Part shown: piece by piece, positions 18,596 through 28,700 of the stretch
Numbering within the stretch: position 1 is the first letter of the stretch
Layout: every line of letters begins with the position of its first letter
Assembly: GCA_938029215.1 (NCBI GenBank)
Contig: CALHFG010000018.1
Span: forward strand, 4,632-68,631
DNA length: 64,000 nt
Origin: an uncultured Acidimicrobiales bacterium
Lineage (GTDB): Bacteria; Actinomycetota; Acidimicrobiia; Acidimicrobiales; SZUA-35
Reading direction: 5' to 3'
Made by a program: the position numbers and the translations under genes
The notes under the pieces: generated by a model
Database searches by the model: none
Seen by the model: the letters and a program-made list of their open reading frames with translations, nothing else
Told to the model about the DNA's origin: nothing

Positions 18596-19510
18596 ATGGA
18601 TCTCGATGCCTCACTCCGCACGATCATCGAGGCAATCGACCCCACAGCAACGATCAAACATCATGAGAAACTGTCGGGGGGTCTCTCCTACGAACTCCGC
18701 CGGATCGACACCGATCGAGGCCGGTTCGTGGTACGTGAAGCCAACAACATGCGGGCCGGCCGCTGGGGTCTGGCCCTGTCCGACGAGTATTCGTTGATCC
18801 AGCAACTCAACCAAACACCAATTCCCGCGCCTCAGGCCCGCCTCTTCGATGACTCTGGCACGGTTCTCAAACACCCGTTTGCGGTGTACGACTTCATCGA
18901 CGGGACACCGTTTCTTCACGCGAACGACCCGGCCTCGGTGGGAATCCACGTGGCGGAGGCGCTCGCCCAGATTCATGCGCTCTCGCTGACCTCCATCGAC
19001 ACCGCGTCGCTCCCGATGTGGAGCGAGTTTGCCGGATCGATAATCATGAACGACCCAACGGTCTTCGACGCCAATACCGATGAAGAGGTGGTGAGAAAGG
19101 CCCTCTCGGAACATTGGCCGCCCCCAGAGCCAGATCGCCTGTCACTCCTTCACGGAGACTTTTGGCCCGGCAACCTGATATCCAAGGACGATCGGATCGT
19201 TGGTGTGCTCGACTGGGAAAACGCGGCCGTCGGCGATCCCGTAGCCGACGTGGCTGTGGTCCGTCTCGACCTGCTGTGGTGTTTTGGTCCGACGGCGGCC
19301 GTCAGCTTCCTACGCCACTACCGAACGCTGTCGCCGATCGATCCCCAGATCTTGGCGGTGTGGGATCTCTTTGCCGCCCTTCGGCCGGCCGGTGACCTTC
19401 ACCAATGGGCGGCGGGCTACCCCAGCCTGGGCCGGCCTGACATCACGTTTGACACCATGCAGGCCGGGCATCGCTGGTTCGTGTCGCAGGCATTGGCCGC
19501 GCTGGCCTAG
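18596..19510 (+). CDS. Aminoglycoside phosphotransferase (APH)-family kinase
   Basis: Contains LLHGDFWPGNLI (the Brenner HGD motif) and VLDWENAAVGDPVADVA. Confidence 0.7.
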   Translation: MDLDASLRTIIEAIDPTATIKHHEKLSGGLSYELRRIDTDRGRFVVREANNMRAGRWGLALSDEYSLIQQLNQTPIPAPQARLFDDSGTVLKHPFAVYDFIDGTPFLHANDPASVGIHVAEALAQIHALSLTSIDTASLPMWSEFAGSIIMNDPTVFDANTDEEVVRKALSEHWPPPEPDRLSLLHGDFWPGNLISKDDRIVGVLDWENAAVGDPVADVAVVRLDLLWCFGPTAAVSFLRHYRTLSPIDPQILAVWDLFAALRPAGDLHQWAAGYPSLGRPDITFDTMQAGHRWFVSQALAALA

Positions 19511-19588
19511 CTGACCTTCCTTCGCGGTGGGTAGATCGACTTCCCACGAATACCGAAAGGTTGGCTCGATATATGCCGTTAGACCCAC

Positions 19589-21295
19589 ATGGCTGAATCT
19601 CAAATAATTTCACTGAGAAACGACCTCGATCGCTTTCGCCCGGATTGGCTTCGTACGAACGCCGCTGGCATCGTCCACGCCGTACTGCTCGCCATTCTGG
19701 CCGGATGGGTGTGGCTTGTTCGCCCTTCGATCACCATGACACTGGTGCTGGCCGGGCCACTAGTCATCGATTCGCTGATTCTTCGTCTGGCCGACGACCC
19801 AGCGCTAGGGCCGGTCTCGACGGTTGTCCAGTGGATCCGTGTCTTTATGGTTCCCGCCGCTCTGCTGTTCACCTTCGCCAGCGGTGTCGACAACGGACTG
19901 CTGTCCTTTCTTCTGGCGGCTCCGTGGATGGTCTTGAGCCTACGGATCCTCCTGGTCGCCGTCCTCCGCTTCCTCTCCCGACAATCGATGACCGAAACCA
20001 GCCTTGGGCTCGATGCTGCCGTCGCGGCTTTGGGGCTGGCGGGAGTGACTGCCGCAACCCACGTGATGGGCATCGGTGGTGATAGCTCGGCCAAGGCTGC
20101 GATTGCGCTCACGCTCTGTGGTGCCGGTCTGCCCGCGATCACCGCGGTACTCGCCACGATCCACGGATCTCCGCGCTTGGCCGTTTCGACTACGATGCTT
20201 GGCCTTGGATCGGCGATCATGTTCAGCCTGGGCGGGCCCACAGGACTGTTCGTGGGCGCGGTGTTTCTAAGCCTTATCGCCTTTCCGACGGTTCGCTCGC
20301 TGGTCGCGACCCAGACCGACGCCTTCCCGCTCGCCATCCAGAAAAGTGCGGCGTTGCCCATTGGGCTCGCTGCGATCGCCGGCCTGTATCACACGGCCTC
20401 AGAACGCTTCGATCTGGATCTGCCTGGAGAGGAGTGGCCGCTTCGCATCGGCGTGGGCTGCTTGCTCCTTGGAGTAACCCTGGCACTGGGTGCCGCCAAC
20501 TGGATCAGCCAACCTGGAAAGCATGAGGACGAGCTGCCATTGGTGCACACCAAGTTCCACTTCGGCCCGCGAAGCGAGACGCAGCTCGAACAGCTTCGAG
20601 CTGCTGCAGAGCGCTCAGAGGCAACCCCGGTGCCAGGCCTGCTCACCGGTGATCTTCGGGCCGGATACCGGGAGCGCTCGTGGTCTGCTCCGGTCGCTGA
20701 CTTTGAGAACTCTTGTGAAGCGCTCTGGGCCTGGGCCGGTCATGAACACGCGGGTATCTCTCTGCAGCCCGAACGTCCCCGGATCGCCGTTGGTGAGACG
20801 GTAGCCATGACCGTGCCGCTGGGACCCTTCACGATCTCGACCACCGTGCGCATTGTGAGCATTGTCGACGAGCCCGACCGCTACGGCTTTGTTTTCTGGG
20901 CGCTAGACCACCACGTCTTCACCGGTCAGGAGTCGTTCATCGTGCATCGCACCCCAAACGGTGCCAAGGCAACGATTACGACAATCTCCAAGCCATCCGT
21001 TCTCGCTACCAGCTTGCTTGCCCCACTGGCGCGAACGTTTGAAACCTCGATTGCGCTGAAGTGTTTGGAAGGCGTCGGAGAAGCCGAAGCTGCGGTCATT
21101 GACGAACGCATGACCACGCTCCTCTCCGATCTAGACCGTCAACAGTTCTCGATCAACCGTGAGCAAGTAATGAACGAACGGGTGGCATCTCTGCCGAGCG
21201 AGCCGGAAGAGATCGTTCCAGAACCGACCGAGCTAGAAAAGCTGTTTGCTCAGCCATTCGACTCCGCGGAGGACGACGGCGAGCTACCGGTCTAG
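19589..21295 (+). CDS. Integral membrane protein (~9 TM) with a ~250-aa C-terminal soluble domain, function unknown
   Basis: The N-terminal half is hydrophobic and the C-terminal half is hydrophilic. No recognisable motif. Confidence 0.4.
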   Translation: MAESQIISLRNDLDRFRPDWLRTNAAGIVHAVLLAILAGWVWLVRPSITMTLVLAGPLVIDSLILRLADDPALGPVSTVVQWIRVFMVPAALLFTFASGVDNGLLSFLLAAPWMVLSLRILLVAVLRFLSRQSMTETSLGLDAAVAALGLAGVTAATHVMGIGGDSSAKAAIALTLCGAGLPAITAVLATIHGSPRLAVSTTMLGLGSAIMFSLGGPTGLFVGAVFLSLIAFPTVRSLVATQTDAFPLAIQKSAALPIGLAAIAGLYHTASERFDLDLPGEEWPLRIGVGCLLLGVTLALGAANWISQPGKHEDELPLVHTKFHFGPRSETQLEQLRAAAERSEATPVPGLLTGDLRAGYRERSWSAPVADFENSCEALWAWAGHEHAGISLQPERPRIAVGETVAMTVPLGPFTISTTVRIVSIVDEPDRYGFVFWALDHHVFTGQESFIVHRTPNGAKATITTISKPSVLATSLLAPLARTFETSIALKCLEGVGEAEAAVIDERMTTLLSDLDRQQFSINREQVMNERVASLPSEPEEIVPEPTELEKLFAQPFDSAEDDGELPV

Positions 21296-21297
21296 GC

Positions 21298-21957
21298 CTA
21301 CCAGGCGGGCCAGTCTTCTTCGGGACGACCCAATTTCTTCAGCCGGTTTGTGCCCCATACCGGAATGCCGATCGACTCTCCTGCCAACGCGGTTTGCGCG
21401 AGCTCGGTGTCCTCGGCCCACACATGGCAGCTGTTGAGGTTGAACGACATCGCCTTCCGACGAGCCTCGATATCGTCTGCTTCCACGGTCACTGGGGCGT
21501 TCTCGGGGTCGATTTGACGCATACTCCACATGCTCTGCACAGCAACTGGAGCCATGGCCCGCAAGAGCGCCCCGATGTGGGTGCATCCCGAGGGTCCGCC
21601 AAATCGTTCGGTCAGCTGACGGTTGAAGCCACGAGCAATCGACAGTCCGATGAGACTCTCATAGCTCGTCTCGATCGTGGTGCAGTGGAGGTGCGGCGTT
21701 ACCTCCATGACGACGTCGACGTCGGCGATGGTGAGAGAGGGCACTTCGAGCACCAGGTCCACGACCATTTGATGAATCGGGAGCGGCTCGGGATCTTCGG
21801 GAAAGTACAGGCCGGGCGGCTTCTCGTCGAGGATTGCCCCGCGTAGGCGCATGAGTCCAGTGGCTTCGTAGTAGGCCCGCACGGTGTAGGTCCGCGTGTG
21901 CATCAAGGGACTATCGGGTTCGATTGGCAGACGACTCACCGCTAGATGATGCCTCAA
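21298..21957 (-). CDS. Conserved hypothetical protein (possibly DUF2889-like)
   Basis: 219-aa ORF with Cys/His-containing motifs (HLHCTT, GCTHIGALL) and good coding character. The family assignment is only a recollection. Confidence 0.35.
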   Translation of the reverse strand: MRHHLAVSRLPIEPDSPLMHTRTYTVRAYYEATGLMRLRGAILDEKPPGLYFPEDPEPLPIHQMVVDLVLEVPSLTIADVDVVMEVTPHLHCTTIETSYESLIGLSIARGFNRQLTERFGGPSGCTHIGALLRAMAPVAVQSMWSMRQIDPENAPVTVEADDIEARRKAMSFNLNSCHVWAEDTELAQTALAGESIGIPVWGTNRLKKLGRPEEDWPAW

Positions 21958-22017
21958 ACCTTCCGCAATACCCCAAAGGGCCTCGGGCTCGTCACCGATC
22001 CTTTCTAGGATCGAACG

Positions 22018-22896
22018 GTGTCAGCGGACTCGCCCCAGGCCGAAGTGGACCTCACCGAAGATTTGATACGCCGGCTCATAGCGACCCAGGCGCCGCATCT
22101 GGCCGAAAGGCCGGTCTCGTTCTTGGCCGAGGGGTGGGACAACGCCCAGTACCGCCTGGGCGCCGATCTCGTGGTTCGGGTGCCGCGCCGGCAGAAGGCA
22201 GTGGCATTGCTGGAGAACGAACAGCGGTGGCTTCCGAGACTCGTCGGAGCGTTGCCGCTGCCGGTTCCGGCTCCGGTCTTCCACGGTAAACCATCCCCAG
22301 GATTTCGCTGGCCCTGGTCGATCGTGCCGTTCATCGAGGGCCGGGATGCACTGACCCACCCGCTGCCGTCCTCACCACGGCTGGCTCATCAGATCGCGCA
22401 CTTCTTCACGGCGCTACACGTCCCCGCTCCCCCGGGCATGGACAAGAACCCCTTCCGTGGCGTGCCACTACAGGAACGTGCCGACAATCTGCTGACGGTG
22501 ATCCGACAGTCGTCGCTTCAAGCCGATGCGTTGGAACGTGCGCTAGCCAACGCGTTGGCAGCCGATCCGTACCAGGGGCCCGCGGTCTGGGTGCACGGCG
22601 ACCCTCATCCGGGCAACATCATCGCTCACCAGGGCCGCATCGTGTCGTTCATCGACTGGGGAGACATTACATCCGGCGAACCTTCGTCTGACCTGGGGCT
22701 GCTGTGGATGGTGTTGAACGCCAACGATCGCGCAGTGGCGATCGATCAGCTCGGAATGGACGAGCACGCGGTCAGCCGAGCTCGCGGCTGGGCGTTGAAC
22801 TTTGGGATGATGTTGGTTGCCAACTCTGCCGATCGGCCTGCGTACCTCGCACTCGGCCATCGGATTGTAGAAACGATCTTGGCCGAAGGCGTCTAG
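22018..22896 (+). CDS. Aminoglycoside phosphotransferase (APH)-family kinase, a second paralog
   Basis: Contains VHGDPHPGNIIAHQGRIVSFIDWGDITSGEPSSDLG. Confidence 0.7.
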   Translation: MSADSPQAEVDLTEDLIRRLIATQAPHLAERPVSFLAEGWDNAQYRLGADLVVRVPRRQKAVALLENEQRWLPRLVGALPLPVPAPVFHGKPSPGFRWPWSIVPFIEGRDALTHPLPSSPRLAHQIAHFFTALHVPAPPGMDKNPFRGVPLQERADNLLTVIRQSSLQADALERALANALAADPYQGPAVWVHGDPHPGNIIAHQGRIVSFIDWGDITSGEPSSDLGLLWMVLNANDRAVAIDQLGMDEHAVSRARGWALNFGMMLVANSADRPAYLALGHRIVETILAEGV

Positions 22897-23117
22897 TCGT
22901 CCTTCAACGCCACAGCATTGGGAGTGACGTTCATCTTGGGTTCGAACTCCGGAGCCACCGCGCTCTCGTCTCGCACACCAACGATTGATGACCGCAACGC
23001 CTCTGAGCATTCTTGGCACGGACCATAGAGACGTTCGCTGACCTCGGCTCCGCATCGCGGACATTCGAACGCAATGTCTTGGGGAATCTCCGCCATGTCC
23101 AACTGCAGATCTCGCAC
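22893..23117 (-). CDS. Small zinc-ribbon protein (CxxC...CxxC), hypothetical
   Basis: 74-aa ORF with ECPRCG and PCQEC pairs. It overlaps the APH stop by 4 nt in a convergent arrangement. Confidence 0.3.
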   Translation of the reverse strand: MRDLQLDMAEIPQDIAFECPRCGAEVSERLYGPCQECSEALRSSIVGVRDESAVAPEFEPKMNVTPNAVALKDD

Positions 23118-23156
23118 CGCCTGATAGTACCCCGGCAGGGTGAAGACCGAGGTCGG

Positions 23157-24449
23157 TCAGACCGAGACTTTGCCTGGGGCCGACGAAGCTAGTTCCTCCG
23201 CCGCATGTGATCCGCCTCGTTCAGAGACTGCGCCGTAGAGTGCCACAGCAGACGCGGCGACGCCGCCCATGATGACCAAGGTTGGTCGGAGTCCGATCAG
23301 CTCGGCCAACAGACCAAGAGGCAGAGCGGTCATGCCAAACCCGGCGAAGCCCAACTGCATGATCGACTGGACTCGGCCCTGGAACTCGTCTCGGGCCTCC
23401 CGCAAGGCCAGTGTGTTCGACAAGGTCTGGAAGGTGGTTGTTCCCATGCCCGCCAGCACCGCGATCACGACCGCCACCCAGAAGACCGGGGCTAGGCCGA
23501 GCGCGATCACCATCAGCCCAAAGAAGATGCCGGCCGCCGTCATGATTCCTTGAGCACGTTTGGAGTCGGCGAGTCCGGCAACCCAGAATCCTGCGACGAG
23601 CGCACCAAGCGACGATGCAGAGGTGAACAGGCCAACCTCGCGTTCGGACAGGCCGAACTCACCCTCCACAATCGCGGGCACGAAGCTCACGTAGCTGAAG
23701 GCAAACATCAGAACCGCGAACGCGGCGAACACAACGTTTCGAATCGCCGGGACCGAGTTGACGTAGCGAACTCCGGCAGCGATGTCAGTAAACGGATTGG
23801 ATCTTCCCGTGAGAGCTGCCGGACGATGAGGCAGGATTGCAGTGAGCAACAGACTCAGCGACGACATCGATGCCGACACGATGTAGGCGCCGCCGATGCC
23901 GAACAGCTGCCACCCCACCAATGCGCCAGCGAGGCTGGGCGCAAAAACTCGTGTTCCGTTCATCGCCAGGGACTGCAGGCTGATGGCGTTACCCAGGTTG
24001 TCGCGACCAACGATTTCCGACGCCATCGATACCCGGGCGGGACCAAAGAATCCGAACGCCGTTCCCTGAGCAACCGATGCGGCAAGCAGCATCCAGAATT
24101 CGACCCGCTCGGTCAGCACGGCGATACCCATACCGATCGCCGAGAATGCCAAAAGTGACAGCGAGGCCAGCATCACCGTGCGTTTAGGCAAACGATCGCT
24201 CGTGACGCCCCCCAAAGGCGTTGCGATAAGCAAGGCGACGCCGAAAACGAAGTAGACCAGACCAAGGGCTCCTTCGCGCTCGGTGAGATCCCACGCCAGA
24301 ATGCCTCGCAGGAAGAACTGCATTTGCACGCCCATAAAGCTGAACAGCCCACCCAACCACAGAACCCGGAAGTCTCGGTTGTGGAGGGCGGCAAAGCGTT
24401 CGGACATCGTGATGCCAACGTAACCCCACCACCGGTGCCAACCTTCCAT
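23157..24449 (-). CDS. MFS transporter
   Basis: 12-TM hydrophobicity pattern and the MFS loop motif LPKRTVMLASL/DR. 430 aa. Confidence 0.75.
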   Translation of the reverse strand: MEGWHRWWGYVGITMSERFAALHNRDFRVLWLGGLFSFMGVQMQFFLRGILAWDLTEREGALGLVYFVFGVALLIATPLGGVTSDRLPKRTVMLASLSLLAFSAIGMGIAVLTERVEFWMLLAASVAQGTAFGFFGPARVSMASEIVGRDNLGNAISLQSLAMNGTRVFAPSLAGALVGWQLFGIGGAYIVSASMSSLSLLLTAILPHRPAALTGRSNPFTDIAAGVRYVNSVPAIRNVVFAAFAVLMFAFSYVSFVPAIVEGEFGLSEREVGLFTSASSLGALVAGFWVAGLADSKRAQGIMTAAGIFFGLMVIALGLAPVFWVAVVIAVLAGMGTTTFQTLSNTLALREARDEFQGRVQSIMQLGFAGFGMTALPLGLLAELIGLRPTLVIMGGVAASAVALYGAVSERGGSHAAEELASSAPGKVSV

Positions 24450-24535
24450 CGAAAAGAACCTTGACCTATGACTTGTGTCGCAACACGGATGGAAAGGCCG
24501 ATCGGTCGCCGACGGTCCTGGCGTAGACTGGCCCC

Positions 24536-25783
24536 TTGACCACGACCGATACCCGATCGACCGATCGGCCGCAACGATCGGACCGACAGGTCATCGCGTA
24601 CCTCGCGTTCACGGGCATTCTGCTGGCCCTTGGTATCGATATTGCCCTCCCGGCATTCGACGAGATTCGGCCAGCGCTCGGACTGGCCGAAGGGTCGAAT
24701 CGCATTACCCAGGTCATCACCGTCTACTTCCTGGGCATGGGCCTTGGACAGTTGGTATGGGGCCCGGTTTCGGACCGGTTCGGCCGACAGCGGGCGATGC
24801 TCACTGGGGTCGGTCTCTATGTCGGGTGCGCTGTTGCTTCCGCACTCGCCCCGTCCTTCACCGTGCTCCTACTGGCTCGGTTCATCTGGGGACTCGGTGC
24901 AGCGGCGCCAACCGGCCTACGGCCAGCGATCGCACGCGATCTCTATCGCGGCGATCAGATGGCACGTGTCATGAGCATGGTTATGGCGATCTTCATGATC
25001 GGCCCCATTCTCGCTCCGTTGCTCGGTGAGGTGATCCTCAGCGTGGTGTCATGGCGGTACGTGTTTGTGTTCTGCGCTCTCGCTGGAGCCGGACAGATGG
25101 CCTGGACGGTCCAGTTTGGCGAAACCCTCCCGAAGGATCAGCGTCAGCCGTTGGAGTTCCGCACCACCGGCCGTGCGTTCGTTCGGGTCGTGACAACCCG
25201 ACAGACCATCGCCTACACCTTGGCCCTGGCGTTCGCCTATAGCGGGTTCTACGTCTACCTTGCCAGCACTCAACCGATCATGGACACCATCTACGGGCGG
25301 GCGAATCAGTTCGCGATCGTGTTCGGTGCATCGGGAATTCTCATGGCTGGAGCCTTCGTTCTGTCCAATCGCCTCTTCGCTCGAATCGGCACCGCCGCGA
25401 CCGTGAATGCGTCGGCGGTGGTCTTTATCGCACTGGCCACCGCTCAGCTCGCTCTCGTTCTGTCCGCGGGGGGTACACCATCGTTCTGGCCGTGGATCGC
25501 ACTGGTCACCGCAGCAAACCTGGTTGGCGCTCCATTAGGTCCTGCCGCATTCACTCTCGGCCTCGAACCAATGGGTGATTTGGCAGGCACCGCAGCCGGT
25601 GTGATGGGCTTTCTTTCCATGACGATCGCATCGGGCCTGTCCGCGATCGTGAACTCACAGATCGACCTCACCGTTACGCCAATGGCCCTCGGCTACGGCC
25701 TTTTCGGACTGCTGTCGCTGCTCGCCCTCATCCTTGCTCAGCGCCCTGGTCCAAAGGAACTGCGCAACACCGTCGACCCCTAG
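24536..25783 (+). CDS. MFS transporter, Bcr/CflA-like drug-resistance subfamily
   Basis: Contains VYFLGMGLGQLVWGPVSDRFGRQ (motif A region). 12 TM. Confidence 0.75.
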   Translation: MTTTDTRSTDRPQRSDRQVIAYLAFTGILLALGIDIALPAFDEIRPALGLAEGSNRITQVITVYFLGMGLGQLVWGPVSDRFGRQRAMLTGVGLYVGCAVASALAPSFTVLLLARFIWGLGAAAPTGLRPAIARDLYRGDQMARVMSMVMAIFMIGPILAPLLGEVILSVVSWRYVFVFCALAGAGQMAWTVQFGETLPKDQRQPLEFRTTGRAFVRVVTTRQTIAYTLALAFAYSGFYVYLASTQPIMDTIYGRANQFAIVFGASGILMAGAFVLSNRLFARIGTAATVNASAVVFIALATAQLALVLSAGGTPSFWPWIALVTAANLVGAPLGPAAFTLGLEPMGDLAGTAAGVMGFLSMTIASGLSAIVNSQIDLTVTPMALGYGLFGLLSLLALILAQRPGPKELRNTVDP

Positions 25784-28700
25784 GGTTCGTCGGACTCGGC
25801 ACGAGTCTTTGCCGCGGTCGATGCCAGAAGATCAATCGCCCGAGCCGCAAGCGGATCTTGCATCTCCAACGCCCCCGAAACTTTCTCGATCGCTTCAATC
25901 AATCGATCCAAATCACCGCTCGAGTGCGGTTTGGTTGCTTCGGCCGGGCCGCCAGAAGATGGCGCGACGCCGAATCCTTGCCCCATCGAGGTGCTGACAC
26001 CCTCGATTGCCGCTACCACCCTGGTGACGGGATCGCTGTCGCCGCCACCCAGTCGTTGCCGACGGTTGAACGTGTCCAAGATCTCATCCCAACGCACCCG
26101 TTGCTCATCGGTCATCCGGCCCCGGAGGTCTGCGAGTTTCAGCAGGTTCGCCTCGGCGGCGCCGGTCAGACTTTGACTCTCGGCGATGTAGTGGTCGTCT
26201 AGTAGTTGCTGGACTTCCTCCTCGGTCATCGCAGGAACAATCTTGGAGGCCAATCGGGCCATGTTGCGGTAGGAACCCTGGAGTAAGAAAGGCGGCTCGG
26301 TTCGGTAGGAATCTTCAGTTGCAGCCGACGCTATGTACTGTCGATTGACCGCCAACACCGTCTGCTGAGTGGTAATGAGGTGCCTCAACGCAGCGATCAT
26401 CTCGTTGATCTCCGCACTGCTGTATGAGCCGGCCAGTGTCGACTCTGGAAGAGGTTCGCCCGCAGCCGCACGAAGGAACGCATTGAAGTCTTCCGGTGCG
26501 CTACCTGCTAACGGCGCAAGAACAGGATTCGCGGTCAACGCATTCTCGAGATAGCTCCTGGCGAACACTTCGTCATTGCCGCCCACGACATCGCCAAGGT
26601 TGTAGGTGTCGGCTCGGTTGGCCAACATGTCGGGGATCTGGAAGCGTTCGCCGCTCTCGGTGTAAGGATTTCCCGCCATGATGACAGCGAAGCGTTTGCC
26701 CCGAAGGTCAAAAGTTCGACTCTCGCCGTTCCAGACACCCTCGATTCGCCGTTGCCCATCGGTCAGGGAAATGAACCGCTGCAGGAACTCCGGGTTTGTG
26801 TGCTGAATGTCATCGAGGTACAGAATGACGTTGGTGCCAACAGCAAACGACAGGTTGATCCGATCGATCTCGCGAGCTGCGGTGGCGCTGGGAGCCTGAC
26901 CCGGATCCAGCGACGTCACGTCGTGACCCAAACCAGGGCCCGAGACCTTTACCAACGCCATGCCCAGACGATCCGCCAGATACTCCACCAGCGTGGTCTT
27001 TCCATAGCCTGGCGGCGAGAGCAACATCAACAGCCCGGACCGAGCGCCGGTGCGATCTTCGACCGTGCCGATCTGGCGAGCCAGGTTGTCACCAATGAGC
27101 GGCAGGTACACCTTGTCGATCAGTTGGTTGCGAACAAAACCCTCCGGAACCGAGGGCTCGAGGTCGTCGATGCGCAGTCGTTTCCGGAGATCTTCCAGCG
27201 TGCTACGCCGGGCCTCTCCGAACCGCCGATGCGCAGGAACGACCCTGGCAACGTGGTCGGAGACCACGGCAAAGACGTCATCGACGCGCCCTTCAAGTGA
27301 CCCTCCCACAAGCGTGGGGTGCTGACCAATGAGGCCGGAGGCAACGAAACCTAGATCGGCGTCGTAGGTCCGTCGAGGAAGATCTGGCGTGAGCAGAGCA
27401 ACGGCAACTTCGTCAACGAATGGAAGCTCGTTGGGTTGCGCTGTTCTCTGCAGGAAGTCGGTGAGAACGACGCTTGCAGCTTCGGTATCGTCGCCGATGC
27501 GCTCGAGAAGCTCTGCGACCGCACGGTTCTTGCGCATCGACTGGGTCAGCCCAGCCGCGCCTGGAGTGGTAGCAAAGCCCAAACCCTTCGGGTGCGTGAG
27601 CTCGGACATGAGGTAGCGAGCCGCAGCTGCTGAGAGGTTGAAATCATCGCCGACCTCGACCGACAGCGCCGATGACACCGCTGCCGACACCGACAAGGCT
27701 TCGGCTGCTGTTCCTCGATCGATCCACTGCTGGCGTTTCGAGTCGTCGGCTGCGGCCCACGCCAGAATCGCCCGACCACGTTCGGCGCCACTGGTCACCA
27801 GCGGGCCAGCGGCCAGAAGAGCCGGGCCCGCGGCTTCAGCGATCTTGGCAGCGTCCACATCATGAACGCCACGGTCATATCCCTCGTCCAAACGGTTATC
27901 GACCTCGGACTGCATTATGGGCATGACCCGATCAGCGATCGTCTCGGTGGCGCCGGGCCCGGGTGCGGTGAAGAGCCGCTCCATCTGGTCGCGGTCGCTC
28001 ATGAGTCCCGCCATCACATCGAACGCCAGGAAGGTCGATCGGTACAGATCGGCGGTTTCGGAAGCAAAGGGCTGACTCCAGAGATCCTTCGCTCCGTCCA
28101 GTTCGTCTGAGTGCACCGGCAACCGCAGTTCGGTGCCTGTCAGGACTGCGTCTAGCTGATCTTCACTGGGCACGATGGTGAGTTCGCGGGAACGGCGATC
28201 CACGCTGAACCGATGTCGGCCCAGCTTTACCGCATCACCGTCATACAGGTCCTGTCGATCGCGAAGGCTACGGGCCGCGCCATCCCGGGCAGCTCCCAAA
28301 CGAGATCCCAGTTCATCAGCCCGCACGGGCTCACCAAGTTCACGGAGGTCTTCGACCAGTTTCCGGATCCGACCCACCATTGGATCGGCAGCGAAGAACC
28401 CGTTGATTTCGTCGGCAGAGCCCAACTGGGACGCCCGTTGAATAACTCGATCGAGGGTCCGGGTCGCAGCAGAAACCAGCCGTTCACTCCGTTGCTGCCG
28501 GTCATCGACGAGTTGTTGACGCTTTCCGCTCAGCGCCTCGGACACCTGATCGCGGCGCGATGCCAGTTCGTCAAGTTGTGCGTCGGTGCGTGGTCCGGCG
28601 GTTTCCAGCTGTTCCAACTGCAGCAGCAAACGAGCAAGCGCCTCATCACACTCTTCGGGAGTTCCTGCCCGACCAACCGCGGTGGCGATCGACTGTCCGA